Positions 25,851-40,200 of a stretch of 64,000 nt of DNA are shown one piece after another. The translations under genes were made by a program, and so were the position numbers. The notes below the pieces were generated by a model, which worked only from the letters and a program-made list of their open reading frames with translations, was not told the origin of the DNA and did no database searches. The first letter of the stretch is position 1. Every line of letters starts with the position of its first letter. The stretch is taken from contig CM052817.1 in assembly GCA_028534125.1 (NCBI GenBank), positions 50,656,001-50,720,000 of the forward strand, read 5' to 3'. Source of the DNA: Lama glama (taxonomy: Eukaryota).

Positions 25851-27935
25851 ATGATGATCTTAGATGCAGAAAAAGCAACTTGACAAAATTTAATACCTTT
25901 TCTTGATAAAAATGCTCAACAATGTAGGTATAGAGGGAATGTACATCCACATAATAAAGGTCATATATGACAAGCCAAAGTTAAAACATCATACTCAACA
26001 ATGGAAAGCTGAAAGCTTTTCCTCTAAAATCAGGAACAAGACGTGAATGCCCACTCTTGCCACTCTCATTTAAAGTAGTATTGGAAGTCCTAAGCAGAGT
26101 AATCAGGAAAGAAAAGAAACACAAGGCATCCAAATCTGAATGGAAGTGAAGCTGTCTATATTTGCAGATGACATATTTTATATATAAAGCCCTAAATACT
26201 CCACCAAAACTGTTAGAATTAATAAACAAATTTAGTAAATTTTCATGATAGAAAATCAACAAACAAAAATATGTAGCATTTTTATACATTAATAACAAAC
26301 TATCAGAGAAATTAAGAAAACAATCTCATTTACACTGCATCAAAAGGATAGAATATTTAGGGGGAAACTTAACAAAGGGGGTGAAAGACCTATATATTGG
26401 AAAACAGTAATGCATTGATGAAAAAAATTGAAAAAGAGACAAATAAATGGAAAGATATTTCATGCTTATGGATTAGAAGAATTAATACTGTTAAAATGTC
26501 CAGACTACCCAAAGCAATCTAGAGATTCAGTGTAACTTGTATCAAAATTCCAATGGCATTTTTCACAGAAGTAGAACAAACAATATTTGTATGGAACCTT
26601 AAAATACCCCAGATAGCAACATAAATCTTGAGGAAAAAAATAAAATTGGAGACATGACTCCCTGACTTTAAACTAAATTAAAACCTATAGTAACTAAAAC
26701 AATATGGTATTGGCAGAAAATCTGACTTTGATCAATGGGACAAGACAGCCCAGAAATCCACACATACATGTTCAATTAATTTACAACAAAGGATCCAAGA
26801 ATATACATTGAGGAAAGGACAGTCTCTTCAATAAATGGTGCTGTGGAAATTGGGCACTCACATACAAAAGAATGAAACTGAGCCACAATGTCCTATACAC
26901 AGAAATTTAACTCTAAATGGATTAGAGACCTGACTATTAGACTTGGAACCATAAAATTCCTAGAAGGGAAAATAGGTGGTAAGCTCCATGACTTCAGTCT
27001 TAGAGATGATTTTTTGAGTCTGACACCTAAAGCAAAAGCAACCAAAGCAAAAATAAGTGGGACTATGTCAAACTAGGAAACTTGTGTACAGCAAGAAACT
27101 TATCAACAAAGTGAAAGGACAGCCTCCTGAATAGGAGAAAATAGTTGCCAATCATATATCTGATAAGGGGATAATAGCCAGTATATAAATAAGTCATACA
27201 ACTCAGTAGCAAAAAAAAAAAAATCACATAATATTACAAATGGGCAGAGGGCCTGAACATTTTTCTAAAGATACACAAATGGCTAACAGATACGTGAAAA
27301 GTTGCTCTACATCATTACTTGGTTAAACTGCAAATCAAAAGCACAATGAGATATCACCTCACACCTGTCAGAATGGCTATTATGAAAAAGACTAGAAATA
27401 ACAAGTATTAGCAAGGATGTGGAGAAAAGGGAACCCTTGTGCACTGTTGGTGGGAATGTAAATTGGTGCAGCCACTCTTAGAAATAGTGTGGAGGTTCCT
27501 CAAAAAATTAGAACTACCGTATGATCTGGCAATTCCACTTGTGTGTATTAATCTGAAGAAAACAAAAAATGCTAACTCAAAATTATAGGCACCTCTATGT
27601 TAGTTGCAGCATTATTTACAATAGCCAAGACATGGAAACAACCTGTGTCTACAGATGAATGAAAGGATTTAAATAAATCATAGAATAAATATACCATGGA
27701 GTATTATTTAGACATAGAAAAGAATGGAATCTTGCTATTTGTGGCTTTTAGGGCATTATGAGAAGTGAAATAAGCCAAAATAGAGAAAGAAAAAACTTGT
27801 CTCTGTTATATGTGCAATCAAAACAAACAAAACACATAGATAAAGAGAACAGATTGGTGGCTGCCAGAGGCATTGGGATGGGAGAAATTGATGAACTGTT
27901 TTTGTTTATTTTTTAGTTTACATTGAATTAAGAAA
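25851..27935 (+). mobile_element. 5'-truncated L1 (ORF2 RT and C-terminal region plus 3'UTR), non-coding remnant
   Basis: 'gatgcagaaaaagca', 'aaatcaggaacaagacgtgaatgcccactc', RT FADD motif (tttgcagatgac, 26161-26172), 'ttcaataaatggtgctg'; many stops and frameshifts; degenerate AGCAGC flanks. Confidence 0.92.
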
Positions 27936-27994
27936 AAGCAGCCTTACCTTTTTTTTCTAGTAAGTATTAGAGCAAATACTATTTAATGGTCAGT

Positions 27995-28290
27995 TCAGCA
28001 TTTTTCAAAGTATGCTTCAAAGAGCTGCCTGTTTGGGCTTATAATAGGTGTTATCTAACAGAGTTTCATGGTAAAATAAATTTGGGAAATACTTGATTAA
28101 ACAAAATTAAACAGGTTTCTTTACTATAGGACTTAGACTTTAATATCTTAATACTCATTCTAAAATTCTAAGAAGGAACATTAACTTTATTTGACTAAGG
28201 AATATTTTTACCTTAAAGTAGCACATTTAATTTTCTGTAAGATAACAAATATGCCAGTTTCTAGATTCTAGGTCATTAGCTTCCCAAACT
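27995..28290. mobile_element. hAT-Charlie-type MER non-autonomous DNA transposon
   Basis: 'aaataaatttgggaaatacttgattaaacaaaattaaacaggtttctttactataggact...ttatttgactaagg'. Confidence 0.5.
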
Positions 28291-30329
28291 TGAAGGCTGA
28301 ATGAGGAGGTGGCATTGTAAAAATACTTATAAAATGTCTAGCAAATGCAATAGATATGAATACCTACTTAGGGTATTCAGTCAAAGTTAAAATGAATACA
28401 GATATTATCATAAAGTAATTCATTTAGCCAGTCCTTTCCTTGTAAACTAGTATTAAGGTTACAATACCTGAATTATTTAAATAAAAACCTAAATTGCTAT
28501 ATTGTCCCTCTCAAGCTGTAAATATGAGACTGATAAACCTGGGCCTACTACATTGTAAGCATTTAGAAACCTTGAGTTTAACCAAAGGAAAAAAAAGCAT
28601 TATAAGTATGAATATAAAAGGTGTTTGGATTGGGGAGATCATAGATTTTTTTTGTTGGAGGAGTGGTGGTTCATGAGGGCCTATAAGTTGAGTTAAAGTA
28701 CAATTGATTGTCTAATAGGGAAAGTTACAAGTGAAAGGAGGCTTATTAATAACTATGTCAGGATAATATGCAAAAAAAGAATCTGTTCTTGCAAATTTGG
28801 GAATTTATTTGGGAAAGAAGATTTTTCAAAAGGAAACTTAAGAACAAATTTGAAATTTATCAATATTGCAAATTTTATCTTTTTTTCTTAAAATTCAGAA
28901 AAAAGTGCTTCAATAAGATTTTTAAGTACATCAAGATTTTAAAGGTAACTGTTAGATTCCTTAATCTTCAGCTTTAGGTTTTTAGCTTTGGTTAAAAACA
29001 CACACACAATTTTATCAGCCCACTTGTATATATGAACCATTGGGAAGGGAGGAGTTGTGGAAACATTGGACCTGAATGATTTGTTAATTATATTCATAAT
29101 ATTCTCATTCCAAGGTACTATAATGTCTTATAGAAATGTGGCTTACTTATGTCATATATGCAAGAGATCCACTTGTATATACTCTTAAATCAGAGCATCA
29201 GAGCAGGGCATTTCTCTGTAATTAGATTTTGTTTTACAATTCCATTACATGGCCTGTGGGTTCATGATTTGGGACTGTGTTCTGGTATTTATCAAGACAA
29301 TTCCATGGACTTTGTATAAGCTACACAATTTATTCCTCTAACGCAATCTGTGAAAATACAATAAAGTGTCAGCGAGGGGTGTGAGAAACAAAGGCAGATG
29401 GCATGAATGATGTCTCATTTTTCTGACAAAGAATATAACAAGGATGGAAAATGATACACCGTGACTCCATTGCAGTGACAAAGATTGTAATGAGAATCCG
29501 TATCAACATAACTGACTGCATTCTCCTTATATACCCTATGAATTGTCGTCTTTTCATCCTCCTGGGAGGCTGTACCCATTCTCCACTGACGGTGGGGTCT
29601 TCCACAGAGCTCTACTTCTATTTGCTTTAAAAATATTTTTGGTATAAATGGACCATTAGGAAAAGCAAGTAATAAAATTTTCAAAATTGATGCTGGAGCT
29701 CTTTCTAGTAACTGATCAAGAAGAGATCTTTTATTTGCCACTGTGAAAGGATAGTAGTTGGCACTTTTTGATTAAAACAATGCTTTTTATTAAACTGTCT
29801 CTTTACTCTGGGGCAAATAAAGCCTAAGGGTTGTGGTGTTTACAGACCAAGACGTAGGTAGGAGGTTGGGTAAAATGATAAAGAAAAAAGTTCATTGAGC
29901 GTGAGAGTCTAGGGAGTTTTCATTTTTTTAAAAATGGCATTGATATTTTATTGTAATAATACATAAAATTATCTAGTCATATTTCGAAAACTGAAATGAT
30001 GTTATAAATTTACAAGTGGTAGTCTTAAGTATTTTATAGCAATATATAACATAAACGATTTGTAGAATAAAAAGACATGGTGAAGTGATTTACTGTAAAA
30101 AAGATATATGGCACGGAGTTTTGAGTCCTAACAATTTTGAAATAGACTATTGAGTTTTAAAAACAATAACTTCTTTAATTAATAAAATATAAAATAAAAT
30201 AACATCAAATACACAGTAAAATAGTACAAGCATTACCAAGCAATAACCAAAGCTTTTACATGTTTCACAGTATTGTCTCGATGGTCCAAACTCATGTGAT
30301 GTGTCAAAAAATAAATAAAGGAAATAATA

Positions 30330-31640
30330 CTGGAAATGCAGTCATAAAAATATCAAGGCAATTTAATTGTTATTGAGAAAATCTACCTAAAAATATCAAC
30401 TGAAAATCAACAGTGGTTACTATTTTTCCTCAATCTTAGTAATAAGTCAATTAAAAAGTTATCCACAGTAGATATAAAGCCTAAAAGGAAATGACAACAC
30501 CTGAAACACCTAAAAGGAAATGACAAACTCTATACAAAATAGTCACTGAGAGATACAAATAAAGCTCAAATGAAAGGTGAGACATACTGGATTTTCCAGC
30601 TAAAAGTTTTGATTAATATTCCAATAGTTTCATGGAAACCCTTGACAATTTAATTCTGTATCTCACATGGTAGAATAATTGTTGTAAATTAGCTAATTAA
30701 ATTTTAGGGAGCGTTTAGTATGTTAGATATCAAATTGTACTCTCAAACTACAATGACTAAAATCTGATATTATCTAGCATGGAAATAGACTAAATTAGAG
30801 CTTGATATAGATTGTGTATATATGAATGATATAAGAAATTGTGTTTCAAAGCTGTATAAATATATAATTATTCAATAGCTTTAAACAATTTGGCATAGAA
30901 AATAGAATAAAATATTCATACCTTACATTAATCATAACATATTTCAGATCTATATTCAATCTAAGTATCAGATCTAAAATTATGAGAGAGCTAGTATAAA
31001 ATACAGCAGCAGATATTTTATAATCTTAACATAGGGTATGAACACCGAAAAACTTCTGTATGGCAAATGACACTATTAATAAGAGGATAAACATTGGAAA
31101 AATAAAATTAGGTGATATATTTGTCACCTATCCATTTGTCAGAGGCCTAAAAGATTAATAATCATATTGGTGAGAATCCATGGAGATAGGAAAAATGCTT
31201 GTAGAAGGAATGCAGACGGGTTTTTTTTCTTTTTTAGTGTAAATTGACAAAATCAGCCAACACTTAACATTTCCAACTTTTAACCCTGCAGTCTTACTTG
31301 TAAGAATCTTTCTTAGATGGGGGATATTTTCCTGGAGCACCCAGATGTCCATAAAGAATAGGAAGGTTCTTGATAAGGAATACCAGGATGCAATTTTAAA
31401 ACCTAAATGAATCTATAAGCACTGACATTTTGAAGACTCTACAATAAGTTCTTAAGTGGGTAGGGGAAGGTTAACAATTTATGGAATATGTGGAAAGAAT
31501 TACCCCACTTTTGTGGGGTAATTTAGTTTTATTTTTATATATATATGTATATATATATGTACTCTTTAAATGTAAAAATAGATAACTGAATGTTTATACT
31601 TTGTATACTACTTTTATATTTTTGAGGAGCAAGTATTGAT
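30330..31640 (+). mobile_element. Highly degraded old L1 (L1ME-like)
   Basis: 'cccttgacaatttaattctgtatctcacatgg', 'caaactacaatgactaaaatctgatattatctagcatggaaatagac', 'aaaaacttctgtatggcaaatgacac'. Confidence 0.6.
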
Positions 31641-31699
31641 TTTATAAATGAAAAATGAAAATAGATAAGAGAATATACGTTAAGATAAACCCATTCTCA

Positions 31700-32352
31700 T
31701 GGATCTTTTGCCACTTCCCAGCTTAAAATTCTTTGATTTATTTTTTCCTTATAAGATCTCAAGTTTCTAGCTGTAACTTTTAAGACCTTTACCTTTGGGC
31801 AAAGGCTACAGATTTCTATCCATCCATGTTACTGCCAATTATTTCAGTAACTATTCAGCTCCTTCAACATGGGACTATTTTGTTGGATAAACACACCATG
31901 GAAACTCGTCTTCCGTGACTTTGCTCATGTTGTTACTTTTGCCTGGATTTATGTTACCTTCTTCCTTACCAGCAAAACTCTTCTTCAGTGTTCAGATTCC
32001 TTTCTAAGGTCATTACCTTTCATCCAAGTTCCCCAAGGGTTAACAGAATGCTTAGGCAAATTATGTGGCACATCCGTGTCTTGGTTTTCTCATCTGCAGA
32101 ATGGGAGGATTATGTGAGATAATATCCACAAAACACTTATAGTGGTTCCTGACACATGGCATTCACTAAATGGTAGCTGTTATCAGCTATACTTCTTTGC
32201 ATTCCTGTAATACTTCTTAGATCCTTTCATGGGGGCAATTACTACTTCATGTCATAGTTATTTCACTACTCTGTATAACTTGTAACATAAGTGTATTTTG
32301 TGACTTTTACAAAGCCTTACATACAATATGCTCTAAATAATTCTGATTGAAT
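31700..32352 (+). mobile_element. L2 3' remnant interrupted by a MIR (~32040-32190)
   Basis: 'gtgactttgctcatgttgttacttttgcctgga'; MIR 'ggttttctcatctgcagaatgggaggattatgtgagataat...cctgacacatgg'. Confidence 0.65.
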
Positions 32353-35300
32353 AAACAGGCTATGTCCATTTTCATGTTGAAAAAGAGGTAAGATATACAA
32401 TATTAATAGTACAAGATAAAAATTCTGTATATTAAGATTTTAAAGATATTTCAGAGGTTGAATCACAGAAATGTATCTTTCCTTGGGAAGAACAGGTAGT
32501 TAATTAGTTTGCTATCATTTAGTTACTTTAGGGTAGAGCCTAATTTTTTAAACCTGGGCCCATCCCCATGTGATAATATTGTTTCAAGGTAAGTATCTGC
32601 ATTGCATTCCTGGCCAACAATAGAGGATGTAAACCATACTCCTTCTGGACCTGACATAGGGCCTGCATTTGACAAATGATATTAAAAAAAACACTCAATA
32701 GGTTATTTTTTTCTGAGAATAAAACCTCAAATTTATTAACAAATCACACATGAATGTAGAAGGTAGCAAGCAATGGGTTACGGCAGGTTGTCTGGGAGTT
32801 ACATAGTCAGTTCTTTAATACTCACAATGTATCTTTTCTTGGATTTATTTTGACTGTTGAATAGCTGTAGAACAATCATCTTTGGGACCCTTTACATCTC
32901 TGCTTTTCCCAGAATGCAGTTGCTTTTAATGAACTGAACTTTGGCATAATGCATCAGCCTGTGCTGAGGTGTGATTGAAAAGGGAGCCTCATTACTATAC
33001 TTTATTTATAGTACAGTACAGCCTCTTCCCGTAGGCACTAAGAAGATCTTGTTGAGGATATTCATCATATTGAAATATATCCTGTTTTCTGAGAATGCAA
33101 GCAAGTAGTTTCTTAGGATCCAGGCCCTGGGTATAGCAATGCTTCCTTTGAGTAGCTAGCACACTTGTACAGTCTAAATCCAGAAGCTGTATCTGCTGTT
33201 TTTTATTGGTGACAATAAGCTTGGAGCCAAATAATTGATCTTTGTGAAGGATTTTAAGGAATACATCTTGTTTGTAAACCTCACTTTAATTTTAATGCAT
33301 TTGCTATAATTATTGTACTTTAACATACTTTCTTGTATTTAATTTGAGGTGAGTTAAATTCTTTTGGTGGTCATATTTACAAACATAGTATTTCCATGTC
33401 AGCATTCATTAATTTTGGTAGGCATCATGCCCTTTGATAGAGTAGCAGACTCGGAGTTTTAGAGAAAGTCAGTGACTATAGCATGTCAAAAATCCACTTA
33501 GCCAATAAAAATGGTATTATGTGATAGAATCTTCCACTTCTAATAAATGGTCTTCCATTATTGCCTTGCTTTCCCCTCAGAAAGAGAGTTTTAAAGTTTA
33601 TAGCCAGTCATTTCTTAATATAAGATGAAATACTGACAAAAATCTTATAATTAATATATATTCCAATTTTTATATGTAACATATTTCTCATGTCCATCTT
33701 GTAACTGTAAGAATCTTACTGGATAAGTCCATTATTTTAAACTTCACATTGCACAGTGCCATGTGGAGTGTCTAATAAATACTTACTTGGGTTGAAATTT
33801 CTATTGAACACTCTTGATATCAAAAGTCCACAAAGTGGCCAAGCTAATTGCATGAGAAATGACAACTACTCAATTGAAGTGTGTGTGTGTTTTTAAGTAA
33901 CCCTTGGAGGATCCAGCGTTTTGACTGAGATAATCAGATTGTGTTTTCTGGAAAGTTTTAAGTAGAATATGGATTTGATTATATGTGGTAACTGACTTTT
34001 AAGATGATAAAGACCTAGGTGTTAAGAACAATATTTGGGGGGGGGGGTTATGGGTAAGTTGAAGCTGCATTTAGAAAAGGAAAAAAATAACAATAGAGAG
34101 AAACAGAAAAAAAAAAATACAGTACATCATGTGGCAAACAAATAGTAATTATGTAAAGCAAAATTACCCGGATTTCCAATGATGCTCCCTTTCTGATTCC
34201 TATCCTTCCTGTGCTTTCAAGTAATTTCCTCTATCTGCTCAATCTGTAAAGAGAGGATTTTTGTTTATTGTAAGGCTATTAAGACATAACTGAAGTAAAG
34301 GAATTCAGGAAATACTAGTGAGGTTTTCTGGGCCGGGTCTTTTCAGAGATACTTAAATTCTCACTCTACTTGCGAAAGATAAAAACAAGAACCTATATGC
34401 AAAGAACTGAGTGAAAGAGGTTAACTCTGACTTTGTCTTTTCTTCAAGAACAAGTCAGGTAGCTGGAACAAGTCATATTAGTGTTGATTTGTATAGCATT
34501 ATAGACTACAAATACAAAAGATTGGAGCGAAATTTCATTGTTTACCACTTGAATAAGCTTTGAATTGATAAAGTGTTGCTTGAAGTAACCCAGTATTCAG
34601 TGACTTATATTCCATAAATTTGGTTGTGGGGGTCGGGGTGTTGTTTATCAGTGGGGTTTGATTCCACCTATGTGGAGGAGTGGCTTGACTTCCAAAACAC
34701 CTAGAAAGACAAGGATCGATAATTAAACCTATGAGAAATATCTCAGAATGAGTAGTCTCCTTATCAGCTCTGCTTAAGGCTAGATTCAGAATCTTAAAAC
34801 TTCAAACTTGGTTTCATTTCTTGTTTTCTTTTGAACAAAAGCATTTAGTCCAGCTCTTCTGTGAGATAAGCAGCTGATGGGCTAAATGGATTTAGTGACT
34901 CCATCCATACCAGTAGCCGATAAGGTAGAGAATTGATTTTATTTATTGGCAAAAATGAAATCTCTCTTGCATTAATGGAAGACAAGTATTTCCAAGAAAT
35001 ACCCTTAGCTTTTAACCTCCTCACCACTGGCCTGCAGGCTTGCTGGTCAAAAATAAAACTACACCTGGGAGAAGTCATGGGTTTAGTCTTAAAGAAACTA
35101 ATTCAACTTCATTCATATTTTTATTTAGAGCCAACATACCTAATCTTGGAGCTGTAATTAAATGAAGGGAAATGATTATTGATTTTATTGCATTCAAAAC
35201 TGTGCACACATTTCAAAAGGCTGTAGTCTGTTCTCTGTATGGTCACATTACCACCTGAGCTTTGCACAGCTAATTAGTATCTTAATTTCTTTTATTACCC

Positions 35301-36449
35301 AGAGTAAAACAGCCCAGAGGAATCTTTCCAATATGTTTCCCCAAAGACCTTTCTTACCTGTGAAGTAAATACATATAATAAAGGGAAATACTCTTAGGTT
35401 GTTGTTCAGGGTGTGCAATTTTTAATAGTCCATGTGTAATTTTCTGGTGAGATTAGTGGTGAAAAGTAAACTAAAATTATGAAACAATATTTTAAAGTCT
35501 CTTCAAGAAGACTAATTTTATTAAGATATAGCATGCACATGAATTTATATTGCTGTATTTTATAAAGGTAACTTTAAAATTGGTGCTTGTACTTTTATAA
35601 ATTTTGTTGAAACTGATCCTGTAGGTATATTTCAATATTCATGATGTGTAAAACTGCTACAAAACAAAGTTTTGTAGTTAAATACAGAAATATTTTTATT
35701 CTAGTCTATAATTTTGGAATTGTTAGATTATTCAGAGTATAAAGTACTGCAGAAAAATTATTTTAAAACTCTTAATTTGAGGTGATAGATAAATATATAT
35801 GTACATGTATACGTCAGGCAAGGTATTTAATATTTTGTTAAATAGGCTCTGTTCTTTCATTTAGACTGTTAATGAGTAAAGCTGACTAAACAAATATAAA
35901 TGATAAATGTAGAAGAAGTTTGTGGAATAAAAGTATCCATGTATATCGGTAGGCATTACTGACTTTTAAATATTCAGGAGACCTTTAAAACAATTTTAAG
36001 AATTCATGAAAGAAGTGCCATTGTAATCAAAATGAAGGTGTTCACTTTGGTTAAAAACAGCAAGATTGAAGGTGCCAATATTAGATTATCCAGGCATAAG
36101 GACTGATTCTAACATTTATTGGCCCTATGACTTTGGGCAAGTTATGAAATCTTTTGGGGACCTTAAGATGAAAAAAAATGTGAATGATGATGAGATCTTT
36201 TAACATTAATTTTTAATTTTGCTCTTTGGATTTTTAGAATCCAAATAATAACATGTAGAATACCTGAACTATGTTAACTATTATTCTTACTCTTCCAGTT
36301 TTTCTTATGGTGTTTAACAAAATAATCAACAAGCTTTTTTGAAACTTGTGTGTTTTCTTTTAGTGTTCTTTATCATGTGGATGATCATTTTCCCTGTTTA
36401 AAGAAAACCCATACAGTACTTAAAGGCTATGGGTATTGGTTTACTTGCT

Positions 36450-37240
36450 CTTTTATTGAATTAACATACTTAATGAAGTGCCTGTGGTGTTAAGCACTTG
36501 GCCAGACAGTTTTGTAACAGAGGAAAAACATAGATATGCTTTTATGCTTTCATGGAAATGTTTAATCTAGCAAGGGATACTGACAAATAATCTCTTCTTA
36601 GTATTTAAAATATGTTCTTATTTTAGATCTGATTATTTTAGATCAGATTATAAGGCATTATTTTATTCTGAAACAAAATTTCTAAGAAATTGCCAATTAA
36701 CCTTGTACATAAAGGATGAGAAGAAATGTTATACTAATAGATAAAGGAAGAAAGTTCTTGAGCAACAAGGGCAAATACCTTAATTTACGAGAGATGATTT
36801 GTTCGAAGGCATTTCAGAAGGTTGTTATTTTGGACTATAATGGGTTGGAGGACTGGCATGATAGTTTTGTAAGAAAGGCTCAAACAACATCATTCAGAGA
36901 TTTGTAAGTTATGGAAAGAATTTGTATTGATTCTAGACATAATAGTGAAAAATTAAAGGCTTTAAGCAGTTTGCATAATGTGATTTTATTTATGTTATCC
37001 CTCACTGATAACTGGGTAGGAACAGACTAAGAATAAAAAGATGGCAAAGACTTAGGAGTTACCCAGACATCTAGATGTGATGATGGCTTAGACGAGGTAG
37101 GTGGCATTAAGAGTGAGAGAAGTAGATGAGATTATAGAGATCAGGTGGAGGTGGAACAGACAAGGACTTGATCGGCTGATTGTAGTGTAGGAGAGACAGA
37201 GGAGTCAAAAAATGCCTTCTAGTAGCTGAGTGTCCCTGAA
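36450..37240 (-). mobile_element. L2 LINE remnant
   Basis: 'aacatacttaatgaagtgcctgtggtgttaagcact', 'gatgatggcttagacgagg', 'ggaggtggaacagacaaggacttgatc'. Confidence 0.7.
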
Positions 37241-40200
37241 GGTGTAATTTGACTAAATAATGTTAACTTTTAGTAGAATGAAACATACACACAGCAGTTT
37301 GTATATGTTAAAAAATGGAATAACTACATAAATGCCAAATTATTGCTGATAGTAAAGGAAGATCCACTGAGATGTATACTGTTTCTCTAGAAATCTAAAG
37401 AGAATAATAGCTTTCCATTTAAAAGATTCTTGAGATTGAATGTTCATTTTTTATTATCCCTGTATGTTTCCATAATGGTTTTTTGGAAAAATTTTAGACA
37501 TTACTGGCTTCAGATGCGTTTTCCAAAATGGCATCACATTCTGATACGAAAGACCTTGTGAAGAACTTGGTATTGTTGCTGAGGAGACTGGTGGGAAGAA
37601 CATGTAACAGACAAAGTTGGTGCTTCAGATTAGGAGTGTTTGCAGGAGCAATTAAGGTATTTAACTTATTTCAGTAGGTTTATAAACATTACGTGCTCCT
37701 AAGTACTTGAAAACTGTAAAGGTTAAAAAAAAATCTTGCAGCATTTTAGAAGAGTGCATGCTTCCACTCACAATCCCCTTGTCACTTGAATAGCACTCAA
37801 TGCACTGAAAATTATAGCTATTACAGAAGAAATTGCAAGTTAAATACAGGGAAGTGTATAAACTACGTTTATCACCAACGCAGTGCTAAACACTACCCAT
37901 CCCAGTATGATACCATCAGCGAAAGCCATAGAAATTGTGACACCTGTATCTCATTCGGTATTTCTTTCACTTTTGTATGTCATGACCATAAATTTAATCT
38001 TTTCAGCAAATGTGGGTGTTTTTTTCCCCTTAGTTCTCTGGGTACCTGCTAAACACCTATCTGTCTCTGTGACTAGAATTTTTTTAAATGAGCACAAGAC
38101 ATAGTGTTGTCCGGTGATTCAAGCTTGGTCTGTTTATACTATACTAGTTGACATTCTTCTGAGGTCTCCTTTTATTAAAATAGTAGTTATATAGCTGAAA
38201 ATTAGATTCTAATCTTCATTTGATCTATTGAATATTGTGGAATTGAACACACTATCTTTTATCTTTAACAGGGAATGGCCCTCTCTTTATCTAATAGTTC
38301 AACAGTGGCAAGAGAAACAACGATAAATCCAATCTACAAAAACATTAACAATTCTCAAGCTCTTTCAACTAGTATTCTTAATTCTCTTTCCCTGTTTGAC
38401 CAGAAGTGTCAAAAAAAAAAAAAGGAAGATGACTTTGTTGATTGACCTTCAATTTCATTTTTGTTGTAGATAAATATGATCAGGAAAATGGCCTGCAGAT
38501 AGGTGGTTGCAGAGTGGTCCTCATGATTTATAAATTGGAAAATTGGCCCTTGCAATCCCAGGGAATTCACTGAAACTTGAGTAGCTAGTGACCAAGAATA
38601 GCCACACATACAAATGTACAAATGGTTCTAGGAGACTGCAAAACTAAAGAATGTGGAAACTTGCCTTTTCCACTAATCCACTGATACCCTGTTTTTAAAT
38701 TCTTTTTATCACAGCTTATGTCACACAGAGGACTTGTCTGGATAGCAAATATCATGAATGCAAAGTGCCTCCCTATTTTACTTAGCAGTGTATTCTCAGC
38801 AAATAACACTATGCCTGGCATAAAATAAATATTTTCTATTTAATACACCCTGATCCATAACCATAACTGTAGCTTTATTAATTCTCTAATAGAGGATTCT
38901 TATAACTTAACCCTATAGCATAGACAGTTGAATGATCACTTTTATAACATATCCTTGCCTTTCTCATTTCATGATGGAGCTTAAGAACTGAATTCTTATT
39001 GATCCATTAAAGAATATACTGGTTCAGTGTGAATTCTTAGGCATTAGAATATCCTTGTTAGTTATGAGAACTTATACATATAGTTTAAGCTCTAAGCCTC
39101 CAGTGTTTTACTTAAGAAGGTGATCCTAATTTTACTTCTATCATTGTTTATGCCAGGAATTAGATAAGGAAATTTCTATTTAAGAAAACCTATCAAAATG
39201 CCTGGTACCTTTTAAGCATTAACAGATGCCAATTATCATCAACAATGGCATTTTAGAATACAAAGGAACCTGGCCCTTAATTTTAGGATTCTTAATGTTC
39301 AAGATTACGGTACTTTAAACTAGTCTCCAATTTGTTATTATTGGGTTCCTGCTGGCTACAGAAGACACTTTTATATGACTATGGATTGTCTAACAATTAT
39401 GCCTGAGAGTGTCAGAATAGGGCATAACATGGCATTTTAGTCACACGAAGACTGAAAAAGCACCGGCCACAATGGAATGGTTGTATCTGCCTTTTCTAAA
39501 GTGCTTCAAGAGATTAAATACCTCAGGCGGGACACTCTTGCTGAGATTCTCATGCCACTTCTCATGTTCCAAGAAAGCTCTTCAGGAAAAGTCACCTTGA
39601 GTGTTCTTAGCGATAATCTACAAATTGCTGTGTGCAGAGAATTGTGTAGAAGGCTTTTGAGCCAGTTTTTGCTGCTGCTAACTCCTTGTGACCACATATT
39701 TTACTTACTGCTGCTGATGTGGTTAAAGTAAAACTAAGCCTTGGCTTCGGTGTCCTCTGAGGAGAATGTTTGGGTGTGTTTTCCACAGGGATATGTGTGA
39801 GGCTAAATTTTAATGCTGACTTGGGAAATAGCAGTTTTCAGTTTGGGTAACATCTGCTCCAGGTAGTCTTCAACATGCAAAAGATTCACTTTACAACACA
39901 CGAGAAAGAAAGAAATCTCGTGCTGTTATTGGTGTCTTCACATTATAAGAAATGAAGATTTATAATAGTAAAAGTGCGGTTTTAAAGAAATGTTTGTGGC
40001 AAACGGCCAATTAAATTTAGCTGGGAAATGATATATAGAAATGTGAAATAATATAGAAAATATTCAGGTGGTACATTTAGTAATAGTTTCTATTTTCTGG
40101 TGTACAGTACTTGAGATCTTTGTAAGTTCATATTACATTTGCAGTTATACCAGTCGATCCTGTTTGTAGGACTGGTTTCACAAAATAATTATAAAATGTA

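Noticed and set aside
25851..27935. Possible active reverse transcriptase gene
   Set aside because: It is a 5'-truncated L1 with many stops and frameshifts; the FADD motif survives but no long ORF does
30480..30526. 18-bp direct repeat with an 11-bp spacer (CRISPR-like look)
   Set aside because: Only two copies, inside an old L1 in mammalian DNA; a simple local duplication
39899..39922. 7-bp hairpin CACGAGA...TCTCGTG
   Set aside because: Too short; expected by chance in 64 kb
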